A DNA stretch of 36,399 nt from Methanobacteriota archaeon (GTDB lineage Archaea; Halobacteriota; Methanosarcinia; Methanosarcinales; Methanogasteraceae). The translations under genes were made by a program, and so were the position numbers. The notes under the pieces are model-generated. The model was not told the DNA's origin, did no database searches, and was given only the letters and a program-made list of their open reading frames with translations. Positions 26,751 to 36,222 of the stretch are shown one piece after another. Where the stretch lies: contig JAYEGI010000159.1 of assembly GCA_034659035.1 (NCBI GenBank), positions 1 through 36,399 on the forward strand, given 5' to 3'. Position 1 is the first letter of the stretch, and each line of letters begins with the position of its first letter.

Positions 26751-29700
26751 TTAAGGCTTGATCTCCAAGCCAGCCTCATACCTCGCTATGTACACTGCAT
26801 CCATCAGGTCCACAATGCCGTCACCCTCCGGGTCTCCGGATGTGCCTACAACATCTCCAACCAGTACCATTTCAGCCGGCGGACTTGAGCATTCCGGTTC
26901 AAGACCTGCCAAATATCTGGCTATGTACATCACATCATTGCCGTCGATAATATTATCCCTGTGCACGTCACCCCTCCTGAGGACGGTCAGTTCGATGGCA
27001 ACCGTGTTGTTATAGTTCCCTTCGTTATCGGTTGCATTGATGGTCAACTGATGGGTGAGATTGACGCCATCCGTTGCATTCGTGGTCACTGTCCAGACAT
27101 CGGTTCCGGTAATGCGCTCCATCGGCTGGACAGGAGATCCACCTATTGATGATAGATCGATGGTGACATTTGCAACTTCGCCCTCTTCATCGGTCACCGT
27201 GACATCCAGCACAGTCACATTCGTTCCAGGCGCTCTTGGTCTGTCGTTGCCGTTTAATATCGCATCCCTGCTTGCCGATGCATCCGTAACCAGTGGCGGT
27301 TCGGTGTCTGCTCCTATGGTGAACGTTCCATCGATCACCGTGTGTGTGACTTTGTCATAACCCACATCAAACAGATCCTTAACTGTGATATCCAACAGAC
27401 TCGCATCACCCTTACTGCCCATAGCAGTGAGATTGACATAAGCAAAGACCACGTCTCCGTCCAATCCTGATGCGTTGATCGCATTTGCATACATCCAGCC
27501 AGAACCATTGTCGAAGGTAGATACAAGCAAATCCAAATCTCCTGGCGTAACGTCAGTCACATGAACGACTGATTCGTTGTAGGTCATATTGAGCTCGCAG
27601 CCACCCAGATTCGTCACGTAATTGACCATGATCGGCACGACGATGCTCTCTCCTAGCGATACGGTGACATCTTCGATGGATACGGTTGTCGAACCCGGCA
27701 CCACAGTCCCAGTCGTGAAGTTGCATGTGAATAGCTCTGCCAGTTGATTGCCTGCAAGATCCTTTGCACCGGTGCTGATGGTTACATCGTATGTGGTGTT
27801 ATCAGCAAGGTCGGCACCAGGCGTGAAGGTCATGATATTCCCGCTCCAGCTGAATGCTCCATCCACATCCGGCGTGATCGAGAATGCGCCTTCTGCCGAG
27901 GTCTGATTCATCGCCTCATCGAATGTTACGGTTACGTCAGTGGCTACTGGAACATCGGTTCCGGTAGGTAAATTGCCGATGACCGTTGGTGGTGTGGTGT
28001 CTGCTGCGCCATCCGTTACATTGACAACTCCATTCTTCGTCACCATATCCACGGGCTGTGGTGGTGTGTCATTTGTATATGCCTCAGCCTCCAGGGCAAG
28101 TACGTAGCTATCGCCAGTGTCACCACCGACCACATCGAATGTTACGATAAACAACTCGCCATCGCCATTGATCGCTTCAAGTGTTATACAACTGATGTTT
28201 ACATCCACATAGCCGGCATGGTACGCCACGAGTGGTGCAGATAGGCTCCCTATCATCGATCCATTCGCAACATCTGTTGCATTCAGGATGCTTGCATTGT
28301 AGGCCACTCTGATATCCATGGCACATATAGCCAATGCGTCCGTGATATTGATCGATACATTCACAGTATCCCCAACGCTGCCCTCTGCACTTCCGATACT
28401 CACCGTGGGCATTTCTGTTGCAGCGATGACCTCGATGGTGTTCGTATCATTATACGGTGACAACCCTGATGTTGAATTGTTCAGGGACACGTTTACGATG
28501 TAGGTTCCGGCAGGGGTTCTGATGGTAGTGTTCCACCACTTCGGAGCCGGATTCGTTGCAGTTCCGCTGCCAATATTCTCGATCAATGCACCTGTAGCAT
28601 CCTCGATGCGGATCTCATAATCCACATCCTCCGAGAAGAGACAATCGACCGATACGTTGGTGCCCCGTACGACCGGTGGAGTCGGAGTTATCACGCAGGA
28701 GACAAGTTCCGGCGGGTTTACCGATTCTGCTGCTGCTGTCATGAAGCTATGCTCCTCGCTCTCGTTCGAATTACCGCTTGCATCAGTACTGTTCACCACG
28801 AAGTAGTAGCTCGTATCCGAACTCAATCCGGTCAGCGTGACGCTGTGTGCGGTCACCATCGTTGCATTGGTTTCACTTTTCGTGTAAGTGCCGGATGTAT
28901 TGCCATACTTGACCAGACTGTCGCTTGCTTCATCAGTACCCCATGTGATAATCACCGAACTATCTGTTGGTGTGCCGTTTGCGACATTGGTGATCACAGG
29001 CGGATCGATGTCAGCAGTACTCGATGTCGTGAAACTGTGTTCAACACTCTCGTTTGGATTGTCACTGGCATCAGTGCTGTTCACCACAAAGTAATATGTA
29101 GTACCTTCAATTAGCCCGGAAAGATCAATGCTGTGCGAGGTGGTCATCACCACATCAGATATATCATCCGTATAAACACCGGATATGGTGCCATACTTGA
29201 CCAGACTGTCACTTGCTTCGTCAGTGGTCCATGTGATAGTCACCGAACTATTTGCTGGTGTGCCGTTTGCGACATCCGTGATGACAGGTGGTGTAGTGTC
29301 TGGCTCGGCAGTTTCAAGAGTGATGTTACACTCAAAACCACCAGCAACCACTTCAGCCTGAGTGACGGTGTGTGATGTGGTGTTCGACTGCGAGCACCCT
29401 GCGACATCGAACCGCAGGATATCGTCTGCAATGGCATCAGCGCAGCTTGCAAGTGTGAGCTGGTAGTAGTTCGAGCTTTCAGCCACAACAGCCGCCCAGT
29501 CCCCGCATGTATTCAGGTTTGTTACGGTGACCGCCGGATTGGTGCATGCGATTTCGTCTTCATTGAAAACATATCCACTGATCGTGAAAGGGGTCAACGG
29601 CTTGCCGATCCCAACACGTCCATCGCAGATAGCAACATTTTTAATTTTGTTGCCGTCGGGATCGCTCAACAGGACATGCTCGAAGTGAAGTTCACTGATA

Positions 29701-30083
29701 CCGGTGCTTATCGCCTCAAACCGGATCGTCGTCAGCACACCGGGGTCAGTTACACCACCGTCTGTTCTGTATTCGCCATAATCGAGACTGCCATTGGGAT
29801 TATCGGTAATGTTCGCCATTTCCATGCCGCCGAGAAACGTCCCCTTGTTTTGGCATATTGCACTCGATACGGCATTGTTGAAGTGAATAATGTAGTCAAT
29901 ACCCGCTACCTCAGTACCATCCGGGTCCACTGTTATGTTTAGTGTGAATGTATCTCCGGGTGATACGCTCTGGTACGACGGTTCGACACATATCGTCGGT
30001 GCAGCAGAAGCTGCCTGTATTGTTGCAATTATTATGCATAGTGCAATAATTGTGCCTGTTGAATGTAGTCTTTTCAATTCCAT
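26751..30083 (-). CDS. Large scaffoldin: cohesin, X, two FN3-like, Ig-like, cohesin, Ig-like (SbsA/Big-type), cohesin, 'Y' module, dockerin
   Basis: Three cohesin-like modules; tandem ITW.TDEASDSLVKYG...YYFVVNSTDAS repeats; V.VTFDEAMN Ig module; dockerin GDVHRDNIIDGNDVMYIARY / GDGIVDLMDAVYIARY. Start 30083 follows GGAGG. Confidence 0.88.
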   Translation of the reverse strand: MELKRLHSTGTIIALCIIIATIQAASAAPTICVEPSYQSVSPGDTFTLNITVDPDGTEVAGIDYIIHFNNAVSSAICQNKGTFLGGMEMANITDNPNGSLDYGEYRTDGGVTDPGVLTTIRFEAISTGISELHFEHVLLSDPDGNKIKNVAICDGRVGIGKPLTPFTISGYVFNEDEIACTNPAVTVTNLNTCGDWAAVVAESSNYYQLTLASCADAIADDILRFDVAGCSQSNTTSHTVTQAEVVAGGFECNITLETAEPDTTPPVITDVANGTPANSSVTITWTTDEASDSLVKYGTISGVYTDDISDVVMTTSHSIDLSGLIEGTTYYFVVNSTDASDNPNESVEHSFTTSSTADIDPPVITNVANGTPTDSSVIITWGTDEASDSLVKYGNTSGTYTKSETNATMVTAHSVTLTGLSSDTSYYFVVNSTDASGNSNESEEHSFMTAAAESVNPPELVSCVITPTPPVVRGTNVSVDCLFSEDVDYEIRIEDATGALIENIGSGTATNPAPKWWNTTIRTPAGTYIVNVSLNNSTSGLSPYNDTNTIEVIAATEMPTVSIGSAEGSVGDTVNVSINITDALAICAMDIRVAYNASILNATDVANGSMIGSLSAPLVAYHAGYVDVNISCITLEAINGDGELFIVTFDVVGGDTGDSYVLALEAEAYTNDTPPQPVDMVTKNGVVNVTDGAADTTPPTVIGNLPTGTDVPVATDVTVTFDEAMNQTSAEGAFSITPDVDGAFSWSGNIMTFTPGADLADNTTYDVTISTGAKDLAGNQLAELFTCNFTTGTVVPGSTTVSIEDVTVSLGESIVVPIMVNYVTNLGGCELNMTYNESVVHVTDVTPGDLDLLVSTFDNGSGWMYANAINASGLDGDVVFAYVNLTAMGSKGDASLLDITVKDLFDVGYDKVTHTVIDGTFTIGADTEPPLVTDASASRDAILNGNDRPRAPGTNVTVLDVTVTDEEGEVANVTIDLSSIGGSPVQPMERITGTDVWTVTTNATDGVNLTHQLTINATDNEGNYNNTVAIELTVLRRGDVHRDNIIDGNDVMYIARYLAGLEPECSSPPAEMVLVGDVVGTSGDPEGDGIVDLMDAVYIARYEAGLEIKP

Positions 30084-30270
30084 AATTATACCTCCCATTT
30101 ATTCTTGAGTTGTTCTCTACTTGAAATACCAAACTACGGGAAAAGTCCCGAGATTGTCTTGCCACAAACGCGTTGGTACACGGCTCTGGCAGCTGTTGTC
30201 AGGGTTAGTAATGTTTCATTGATCACCCCCAGTAAATTTATTTTATTCATAGTATAATGCATATTACATG

Positions 30271-31245
30271 CTATGAAATGTCTATATTATTAGCTGCCGC
30301 TTGCAGGATAATGAGGGCGTCGAGCGATGTTACGCTACCGTCACCGTTGACGTCAGCAATCTTGTTATTGTCTCCACAAACTGCCATCTGCAGTACAATC
30401 GCAGCGTCAGCGGACGTGATTTTACCATCGCCATTAACATCACCCGGTGGACAAAACTCAGGCGTGATGTCATGCTCAAAGCCGCCAGCAGTTACATCAT
30501 CACGGGTAACGGTGTACTCTGTGACAATGCACCCATCCGGACTTGTGGCATTAAACCGGAGCGTATCGTTTGCAATGACGTCACCGCAGCTTGCAAGCAC
30601 GAGCCGGTAGTAGTTTGAACTTTCAGCCGTAACATCCACCCATTCCATGCACGTATTCAGGTTTGTTATTGTAACCGCCGGATTGTTGCATACACTTTCG
30701 TCCTCATTAAAGACGTGTCCACAGATCATAAACGAGGATGGCGGCTGGTCAATCCCAACACGTCCATTGCAGATAGCAACGCCTCGAATCCTGGAACCAT
30801 CGGGATCGCTCAACAGGACATGCTCGAAGTGAAATTCACTGATACCTGTGCTTATAGCCTCAAACTCTATCGTCGTCAGCACACCCGGATCAGTTACACC
30901 ACTGCTGTCTTTTCTATATTCGCCGTAATCTACACTGCCATTGAGATTATCGGTAATGTTCACCATTATATCGCCGCCAAGAAACTGTCCTTTATTTTGA
31001 CTTAGTACATTCAACACAGCATTATCAAAACGAAGGATGTAATCAACACCGGCTATCTCAGTACCGTCCGGATCTACCACTATGTTCACCGTGAACGTAT
31101 CCCCTTGTGAGACACTTAGATAGGGCGGTTCAACATTTATTGTTAGTCCTGTCTGTGATCCAGTCGATGTCGTAGCTGCAAATCCAATTTGCACAGAAAC
31201 GATTATACCTACAGTAGCAATCGCTACTATCAAAGCTTTATTCAT
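30271..31245 (-). CDS. Cohesin + X module + dockerin adaptor
   Basis: Class-A cohesin; dockerin GDVNGDGKITSADAAIVLQ / ADVNGDGSVTSLDALIILQ. Start is 31245 or 31257. Confidence 0.88.
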   Translation of the reverse strand: MNKALIVAIATVGIIVSVQIGFAATTSTGSQTGLTINVEPPYLSVSQGDTFTVNIVVDPDGTEIAGVDYILRFDNAVLNVLSQNKGQFLGGDIMVNITDNLNGSVDYGEYRKDSSGVTDPGVLTTIEFEAISTGISEFHFEHVLLSDPDGSRIRGVAICNGRVGIDQPPSSFMICGHVFNEDESVCNNPAVTITNLNTCMEWVDVTAESSNYYRLVLASCGDVIANDTLRFNATSPDGCIVTEYTVTRDDVTAGGFEHDITPEFCPPGDVNGDGKITSADAAIVLQMAVCGDNNKIADVNGDGSVTSLDALIILQAAANNIDIS

Positions 31246-31247
31246 TT

Positions 31248-32051
31248 TTACTTCCACCTTTTTTCTTTTAATATTAGATGTGCTATCATAACCAATCCGG
31301 TTATTGCAAACGAAGCTCCAAATCCGGGAAGTTTATTACTCTTCTCTTCTGACTGGGACGTTGAAGCTCCTGGATTCTGTGATGTAGCCGTGGTTGGAGA
31401 TGCCGACGGCAAAGAGGTTGCCGTTAGAGTTGGCGTTGATGTCAGACCTGCTGTTTGAGTTGGCAAAGGAGTAGAAGTTGGAATCGGATTTTGGGTATGC
31501 GATGCAGATCGCCGCCCATTGTCGCCACTACCTCCCGAAGTTTGAGTGGGCGTAGCTGTGGGTGTTTGTCCTGCAGATTCTATATTGCAGGTTCCATCAT
31601 TGACCCAAACGCCTGAAATCTCGATCGCACCGGGATCGCTTAATATAGCCGACTCGAAGTGAAGTTCACTGATACCGGTGCTTATCGCCTCAAACTCTAT
31701 CGTCGTCAGCACACCAGAGTCAGTCGCACTACCTATTTTCCATTCGCCGTAATCGAGACTGCCATTGGAATTATAAATATCGTTTGCCACTATATTACCG
31801 CCGAGGAACGGTCCTTGACTTTGACTTAGTGCCTTCAACACAGCATTATCAAAATAGAGGATGTAACCACCACCAGCTATCTCAGCACCGTCCGGATCCA
31901 CCGTTATATTCACCGTAAAGGACTCTCCAGGTGAAACTGTTAAGTAGGATGGTTCGACGCTTATTGTTGGCTCTGCAGAGCACATTTGTACGGATGAAAT
32001 AAAAAACATGCTTAATAGAGTGATCACAATAACTAACAGGGCTTTATTCAT
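31248..32051 (-). CDS. Anchoring scaffoldin: cohesin + Ser/Thr/Pro linker + PGF-CTERM
   Basis: Class-A cohesin; tail LPGFGASFAITGLVMIAHLILKEKRWK. Confidence 0.88.
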   Translation of the reverse strand: MNKALLVIVITLLSMFFISSVQMCSAEPTISVEPSYLTVSPGESFTVNITVDPDGAEIAGGGYILYFDNAVLKALSQSQGPFLGGNIVANDIYNSNGSLDYGEWKIGSATDSGVLTTIEFEAISTGISELHFESAILSDPGAIEISGVWVNDGTCNIESAGQTPTATPTQTSGGSGDNGRRSASHTQNPIPTSTPLPTQTAGLTSTPTLTATSLPSASPTTATSQNPGASTSQSEEKSNKLPGFGASFAITGLVMIAHLILKEKRWK

Positions 32052-33109
32052 CTTCTATTCCCCCTCCTTGTTATGAAGCTGTATGATATTGCAAGCAATC
32101 CCGTCACTGCAAGTGCCGCTTCAAATCCGGGCAAGTTTCGTTTTCCTTCTGGTGGGTTTCCTTCTGGTGGGTTTCCTTCTGGTGGGTTTCCTTCTGGTGT
32201 AGGCGAGGTAGTAGAAGCTGGTGGGGATGGTGCGGGAGTTGCTGTTATCGCAGGCGTGGGTGCAATCCGTGTAGATACCGGAAAACTGATCCTCCATTCC
32301 ACCATTCCACCAAGCATATTGTAAACGTCTTTAAAGCCATTTTGGACAAGTGTGTCACTTGCGGTTCTACTATCAGCGCCATCTCCAGAGTAGACGATGA
32401 CTTTTTTGGACTTGTCCAGTTCACCAAGCCTGCTTTCCAGCTCAGCTATAGGTATATGTTTGAGTAAAACACCCTGCACCTGTATGTGTTCGGCATCGTG
32501 TTCCTCCTTTGCCCTGACATCCAGAAGAGTGATCTCTTCCGGATTTTCTTCCATCATCGTATATGCTTCTTCGACTGTGACATCCGCGACAGGCTCACCT
32601 GTAGCAGTTCCTATGGTGCATCTCCCGCCATCGATCTCAGCTCCAATATTCTTGCCATTCCGATCGACTAAGATCACGTCACTCAACTTTAAATCGCACA
32701 TTGCAGACTCTTCGACCACCTCAAAGCTGATTGACGCCAGAATTCCCGAAGTGGTTACGCCATGCTCCAGACCTTCATCTGTCCTGATTTCACCATACTC
32801 GATCTTACCAGCGGTGTTATCGATTATATTCGCTATCTCGAGTGTTCCTATGCCGTCCTGACTGAGGAAAGTTCCCTGAGATTGCGAAGTGGCATTCAGG
32901 ATGCGCTGATCGAAATACAGAACATATTGAGCTGCACAGATCTCATTGCCCCCCGGATCTACGTTTATGGTTACCGTAACTGTCTGTCCGTATGACGCTT
33001 CTATGCTTAGTGGTGACACGCTCACAACCGCTGGTTCGGCTTGCACGATCACGGCTGCTGTGCTGATGATTAATACAATATATACAAAACCTATCGATAT
33101 TCTCTTCAT
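32048..33109 (-). CDS. Anchoring scaffoldin: cohesin + rhodanese-like domain (catalytic Cys replaced by Ser) + PGF-CTERM
   Basis: LLDVRAKEEH...HIP...VIVYSGDGADS...GFKDVYNMLGGMVEW rhodanese pattern; LPGFEAALAVTGLLAI tail. Start is 33109 or 33133. Confidence 0.85.
   Translation of the reverse strand: MKRISIGFVYIVLIISTAAVIVQAEPAVVSVSPLSIEASYGQTVTVTINVDPGGNEICAAQYVLYFDQRILNATSQSQGTFLSQDGIGTLEIANIIDNTAGKIEYGEIRTDEGLEHGVTTSGILASISFEVVEESAMCDLKLSDVILVDRNGKNIGAEIDGGRCTIGTATGEPVADVTVEEAYTMMEENPEEITLLDVRAKEEHDAEHIQVQGVLLKHIPIAELESRLGELDKSKKVIVYSGDGADSRTASDTLVQNGFKDVYNMLGGMVEWRISFPVSTRIAPTPAITATPAPSPPASTTSPTPEGNPPEGNPPEGNPPEGKRNLPGFEAALAVTGLLAISYSFITRRGNRR
32142..32199. repeat. 15-bp tandem repeat (about 3.9 copies) encoding a (PEGNP)n linker
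   Basis: TTTCCTTCTGGTGGG repeated perfectly. Confidence 0.95.
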
Positions 33110-33126
33110 TTTCCCAGGTTTATCTC

Positions 33127-34083
33127 CTACCATGCAGTTTTCCTCCAGTTCGCTCCTATGATCACGGCGTCAAGGATGTTTATATCACAATCGTTGTTCA
33201 GGTCTGCTCTGTCTGCTCCCTCATCATCCCAGACATAGTCGCCACATCCACCGCATGTCGCTCTCCAGTACTTCCCTGCAATGACCGCATCAAGGATATT
33301 GACTTCGCCGTCTCCGTTCACATCACCTGCGATATAAACGTTGACCGGCATGAGAGTCGAGTTTGGGAGATCTCCATTGTCATTCACTGTCAAGCAGACC
33401 GTGAAATGTTCATAACCTGCCCCATTCCATGGACTGCTCGAATAAACATGCTCAACCGTCTCACCTGTTCCGTTCTCCCCATCACCAAAGTTCCATCCAT
33501 AGTTTATGACGCTCCCATCGGTGCTTGGGTCGTAGGATGCGGAGCCATTAAAGATCGCCCTGCCGAGGTCGCCTATGTTGTTATAGCGATGCAGAGATCG
33601 CGGGACGGCAACAGGGGGACGATTCAGAACCGCTGTGCCACTATCCACCGTTGACGGTATGGTGGTTTCAGTCGCGCTTGCTTCTTTTAACTCATTGACA
33701 GTCAGGTTAAGCGTGCTTGTTTCGCAAGCGTCGCCGACTGCTTCTATTAGAAGGTCTGCAAGTTTAACATCACCACTTAATCCATCGCCGTAATCCACAC
33801 CTCCAACCTTCACAAGACCGATTGTGTTATTGATCACCGGATAGAGATTACCAAAATCACTGTTATTGACGGCAGTAATATAAACTACGGAAGGATCGTA
33901 ATCAATATTGATGTTAGCAACCCCGAGATTGCTCACGTTATTGATTACGACCGAGATGGTGGCATCATCGCCTGGTTCAAAGAAGACATTACTTACTGAA
34001 ACGGTGGTTGCGGCAGAGACTGGCACGATTAGCAATGCCAGAAGCAGCACAACGGACACCGTTATCGAACTTTTCACATTCAT
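33127..34083 (-). CDS. Cohesin + PKD + dockerin adaptor
   Basis: FNGSASYDP...YGWNFGDG...H.Y PKD motif; dockerin GDVNGDGEVNILDAV / ADLNNDCDINILDAV. Confidence 0.88.
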   Translation of the reverse strand: MNVKSSITVSVVLLLALLIVPVSAATTVSVSNVFFEPGDDATISVVINNVSNLGVANINIDYDPSVVYITAVNNSDFGNLYPVINNTIGLVKVGGVDYGDGLSGDVKLADLLIEAVGDACETSTLNLTVNELKEASATETTIPSTVDSGTAVLNRPPVAVPRSLHRYNNIGDLGRAIFNGSASYDPSTDGSVINYGWNFGDGENGTGETVEHVYSSSPWNGAGYEHFTVCLTVNDNGDLPNSTLMPVNVYIAGDVNGDGEVNILDAVIAGKYWRATCGGCGDYVWDDEGADRADLNNDCDINILDAVIIGANWRKTAW

Positions 34084-34103
34084 ATATCATCACCTCTTTT
34101 ATC

Positions 34104-36107
34104 TCAGTGAAGCACCTCAAATCCAGATTCGCCCATCACATACTTGGCAAGATACATCGCATCATAGAGCGTCACCTTCCCATTTCCACTCACTTCGCCG
34201 ATCCCTGCACTCATCGCCTCAAATCCGGGTTTTCCAAAGAGATGCTTGCCAAGATACATCGAATCATAAAGTGCTACTTCACAGTTCTCGCTCACATCTC
34301 CGTTTAATATGACCTTTAATTGTACACTTATCGATCTGTTCACGTTTCCAAAGACATCGGTTGCACACACGGTCAGGTTGTGCGGCAGGTAACTTTCATT
34401 GTGGCAGATCGTAGTCCCGACAGGCGCATTAGTAGCCGCAGTCCACACATCAGTGCCCGGAACACGAGTCATGGGCTGATCGGGTAGACCGCCGATTGTG
34501 GTAAGATTGATTGTTACGTTAACAACTTCGCTTTCATCTATCACGGTAGCATTCAGTCGGGATGTTTCTCCCCATCTCGGGTCAAAATCCGTATCTTCGG
34601 GAATGGACACAGGAGATGCTATCTGGTGTATCACTGAAGGTGGGGTTAGTTCTGTTACGACAAATGTCCCATTGAGTGAAACTGTCGGTATGGATATCTC
34701 GCCGGGTCCTGCTTCCTTTAATTCAGTGATGGTCAGGTTCAGGGCACAGGTGTCCCCCATATTGCTTATCGATTGTAAGGTGACATCCGCAAGTTTCACC
34801 TCGCCGCTTTGTCCTGGCGAAGATATCTGGTATACACCGATCCGTGTCACGCCTGACGAATTATCGATGGTTGAGACCGCGAAATCAAAATCGCTGTTGT
34901 CAACGCAGGTGACGTGAACCACCGATTGATTGTAGCTGAGAAAGATGTCCGCGGTTCCGACATTGGTGATATTGTGAATCATGATAGAGGTGGTAGCGTT
35001 CTCCCCTGCTATCAGAGTAACATCGCCGATGCCGATGATTATCACCGGATGAGTAGTGAAGTTGTGTCCTGCACTCTGTACGGAATTGCTGCTTGGGTCT
35101 GTGCTATTTACAACGTAGTAATAGGTGGTGTTCGGGAGCAGTTCGACAAGAACGATGCTGTGATCGATCACATACGATGCATTGTGCGCCACCTTTGTGT
35201 AATTGCCCGCCTGTGTGCCATACCTGACCAGACTATCACCGGGTTCGCTGGTCTCCCATGATATGATTGCGGAATCCTTTGTTATCGATGTAACACCTAT
35301 GTTGGCAATCACGGGAGCTGTTATATCTATGGTTATATTCTGCACAAATCCGACTGCATCCATCTCTGCTTGCGTTACTCTGTGTTCAAGCCCGGTGAAA
35401 TTACCTGTGCGGTCGCTGGCGTTGAAATGAAGTATGTTCCCCAATCCGATATGGGCGAAGTTTGTAGAGAGGAGGTAGTAGTTGGAGCTTTCGTTTGTCT
35501 CGGCAATGAAGACTTCGCTGGTGTTCAGATTCGTTATCGTCACATTGGGATTGTTCACAGGTATACCATCGCTATAATCAACAAAACCAGAGATATCGAG
35601 CTGGGTTCCATTAATTTTTACTGTGCCATCATTGACCAGAACACCCGGGATTCTTACGCCAAGCGGATCGCTTATTATAATATTGGTCAGGGATAAATTG
35701 GCGGTTCCCGGTTCTATCGCCTTAAACGTGATCGTTGCAAGAACACCTGGATCGAGTGCACCGTTTTCCACGCCCATTCGCATTTCACCATATCCAACCA
35801 GTCCGAGGGTGTTGTTGATCTCGTTTGTTATTATCATGGTTGATGCGCCGTCATGGCTCAGGAATGTACCGCTGACCTGATCGGTTGCGTTTAACAGCAT
35901 GTTACTAAAGTACAGGTCATATTGTGCACCCATCACCTCGTCGCCTGCCGGGTCCACCGTTATATTCACGGTGAATAGGTCCCCTTGCAAAACATTCTGG
36001 TTAGAAGGTTCAACGTTTATCACCGATGCTGCATAAGCCGACAGGGGGATAAGCGCGATTATAAATAAGATCGATACAAGCGCCGATCTTTTTATCTTTA
36101 TTTTCAT
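34104..36107 (-). CDS. Scaffoldin: cohesin, X, FN3-like, cohesin, 'Y' module, dockerin
   Basis: Same modules as 26751..30083; dockerin GDVSENCEVALYDSMYLGKH / GEVSGNGKVTLYDAMYLAKY. Confidence 0.88.
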   Translation of the reverse strand: MKIKIKRSALVSILFIIALIPLSAYAASVINVEPSNQNVLQGDLFTVNITVDPAGDEVMGAQYDLYFSNMLLNATDQVSGTFLSHDGASTMIITNEINNTLGLVGYGEMRMGVENGALDPGVLATITFKAIEPGTANLSLTNIIISDPLGVRIPGVLVNDGTVKINGTQLDISGFVDYSDGIPVNNPNVTITNLNTSEVFIAETNESSNYYLLSTNFAHIGLGNILHFNASDRTGNFTGLEHRVTQAEMDAVGFVQNITIDITAPVIANIGVTSITKDSAIISWETSEPGDSLVRYGTQAGNYTKVAHNASYVIDHSIVLVELLPNTTYYYVVNSTDPSSNSVQSAGHNFTTHPVIIIGIGDVTLIAGENATTSIMIHNITNVGTADIFLSYNQSVVHVTCVDNSDFDFAVSTIDNSSGVTRIGVYQISSPGQSGEVKLADVTLQSISNMGDTCALNLTITELKEAGPGEISIPTVSLNGTFVVTELTPPSVIHQIASPVSIPEDTDFDPRWGETSRLNATVIDESEVVNVTINLTTIGGLPDQPMTRVPGTDVWTAATNAPVGTTICHNESYLPHNLTVCATDVFGNVNRSISVQLKVILNGDVSENCEVALYDSMYLGKHLFGKPGFEAMSAGIGEVSGNGKVTLYDAMYLAKYVMGESGFEVLH

Positions 36108-36152
36108 TTTGAATATCGCCTCTTTTGTATCCGGAGAATGAAAGATAGATTG

Positions 36153-36217
36153 TTAGGTGGATAAATATCATACCCTAAAAAAATTCGGGCTTGCTGACAA
36201 AACCTAATGATATTCGG
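36153..36217 (-). promoter_or_regulatory. Operator/promoter array upstream of the scaffoldin operon
   Basis: TTAGG(36153-36157)-N16-CCTAA(36174-36178)-N5-TTCGG(36184-36188)-N14-CCTAA(36203-36207)-N5-TTCGG(36213-36217). Confidence 0.85.
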
Positions 36218-36222
36218 TTTTT

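Noticed and set aside
30100-30260. Intergenic GGGGTGA-ATG-AAA-CAT-TAC-TAA mini-ORF and CGGGA/TCCCG hairpin on the minus strand
   Set aside because: Too short to distinguish from chance or a gene remnant.
1811-35880. Many plus-strand ORFs (e.g. 1811..2512, 7260..7850, 22919..23632, 25646..26326)
   Set aside because: They are antisense shadows of well-supported minus-strand genes, with no recognisable motifs.
335-36217. CRISPR array or telomere-like TTAGG repeats
   Set aside because: The motifs are short, dispersed and restricted to promoters, with no repeat-spacer array and no cas genes.
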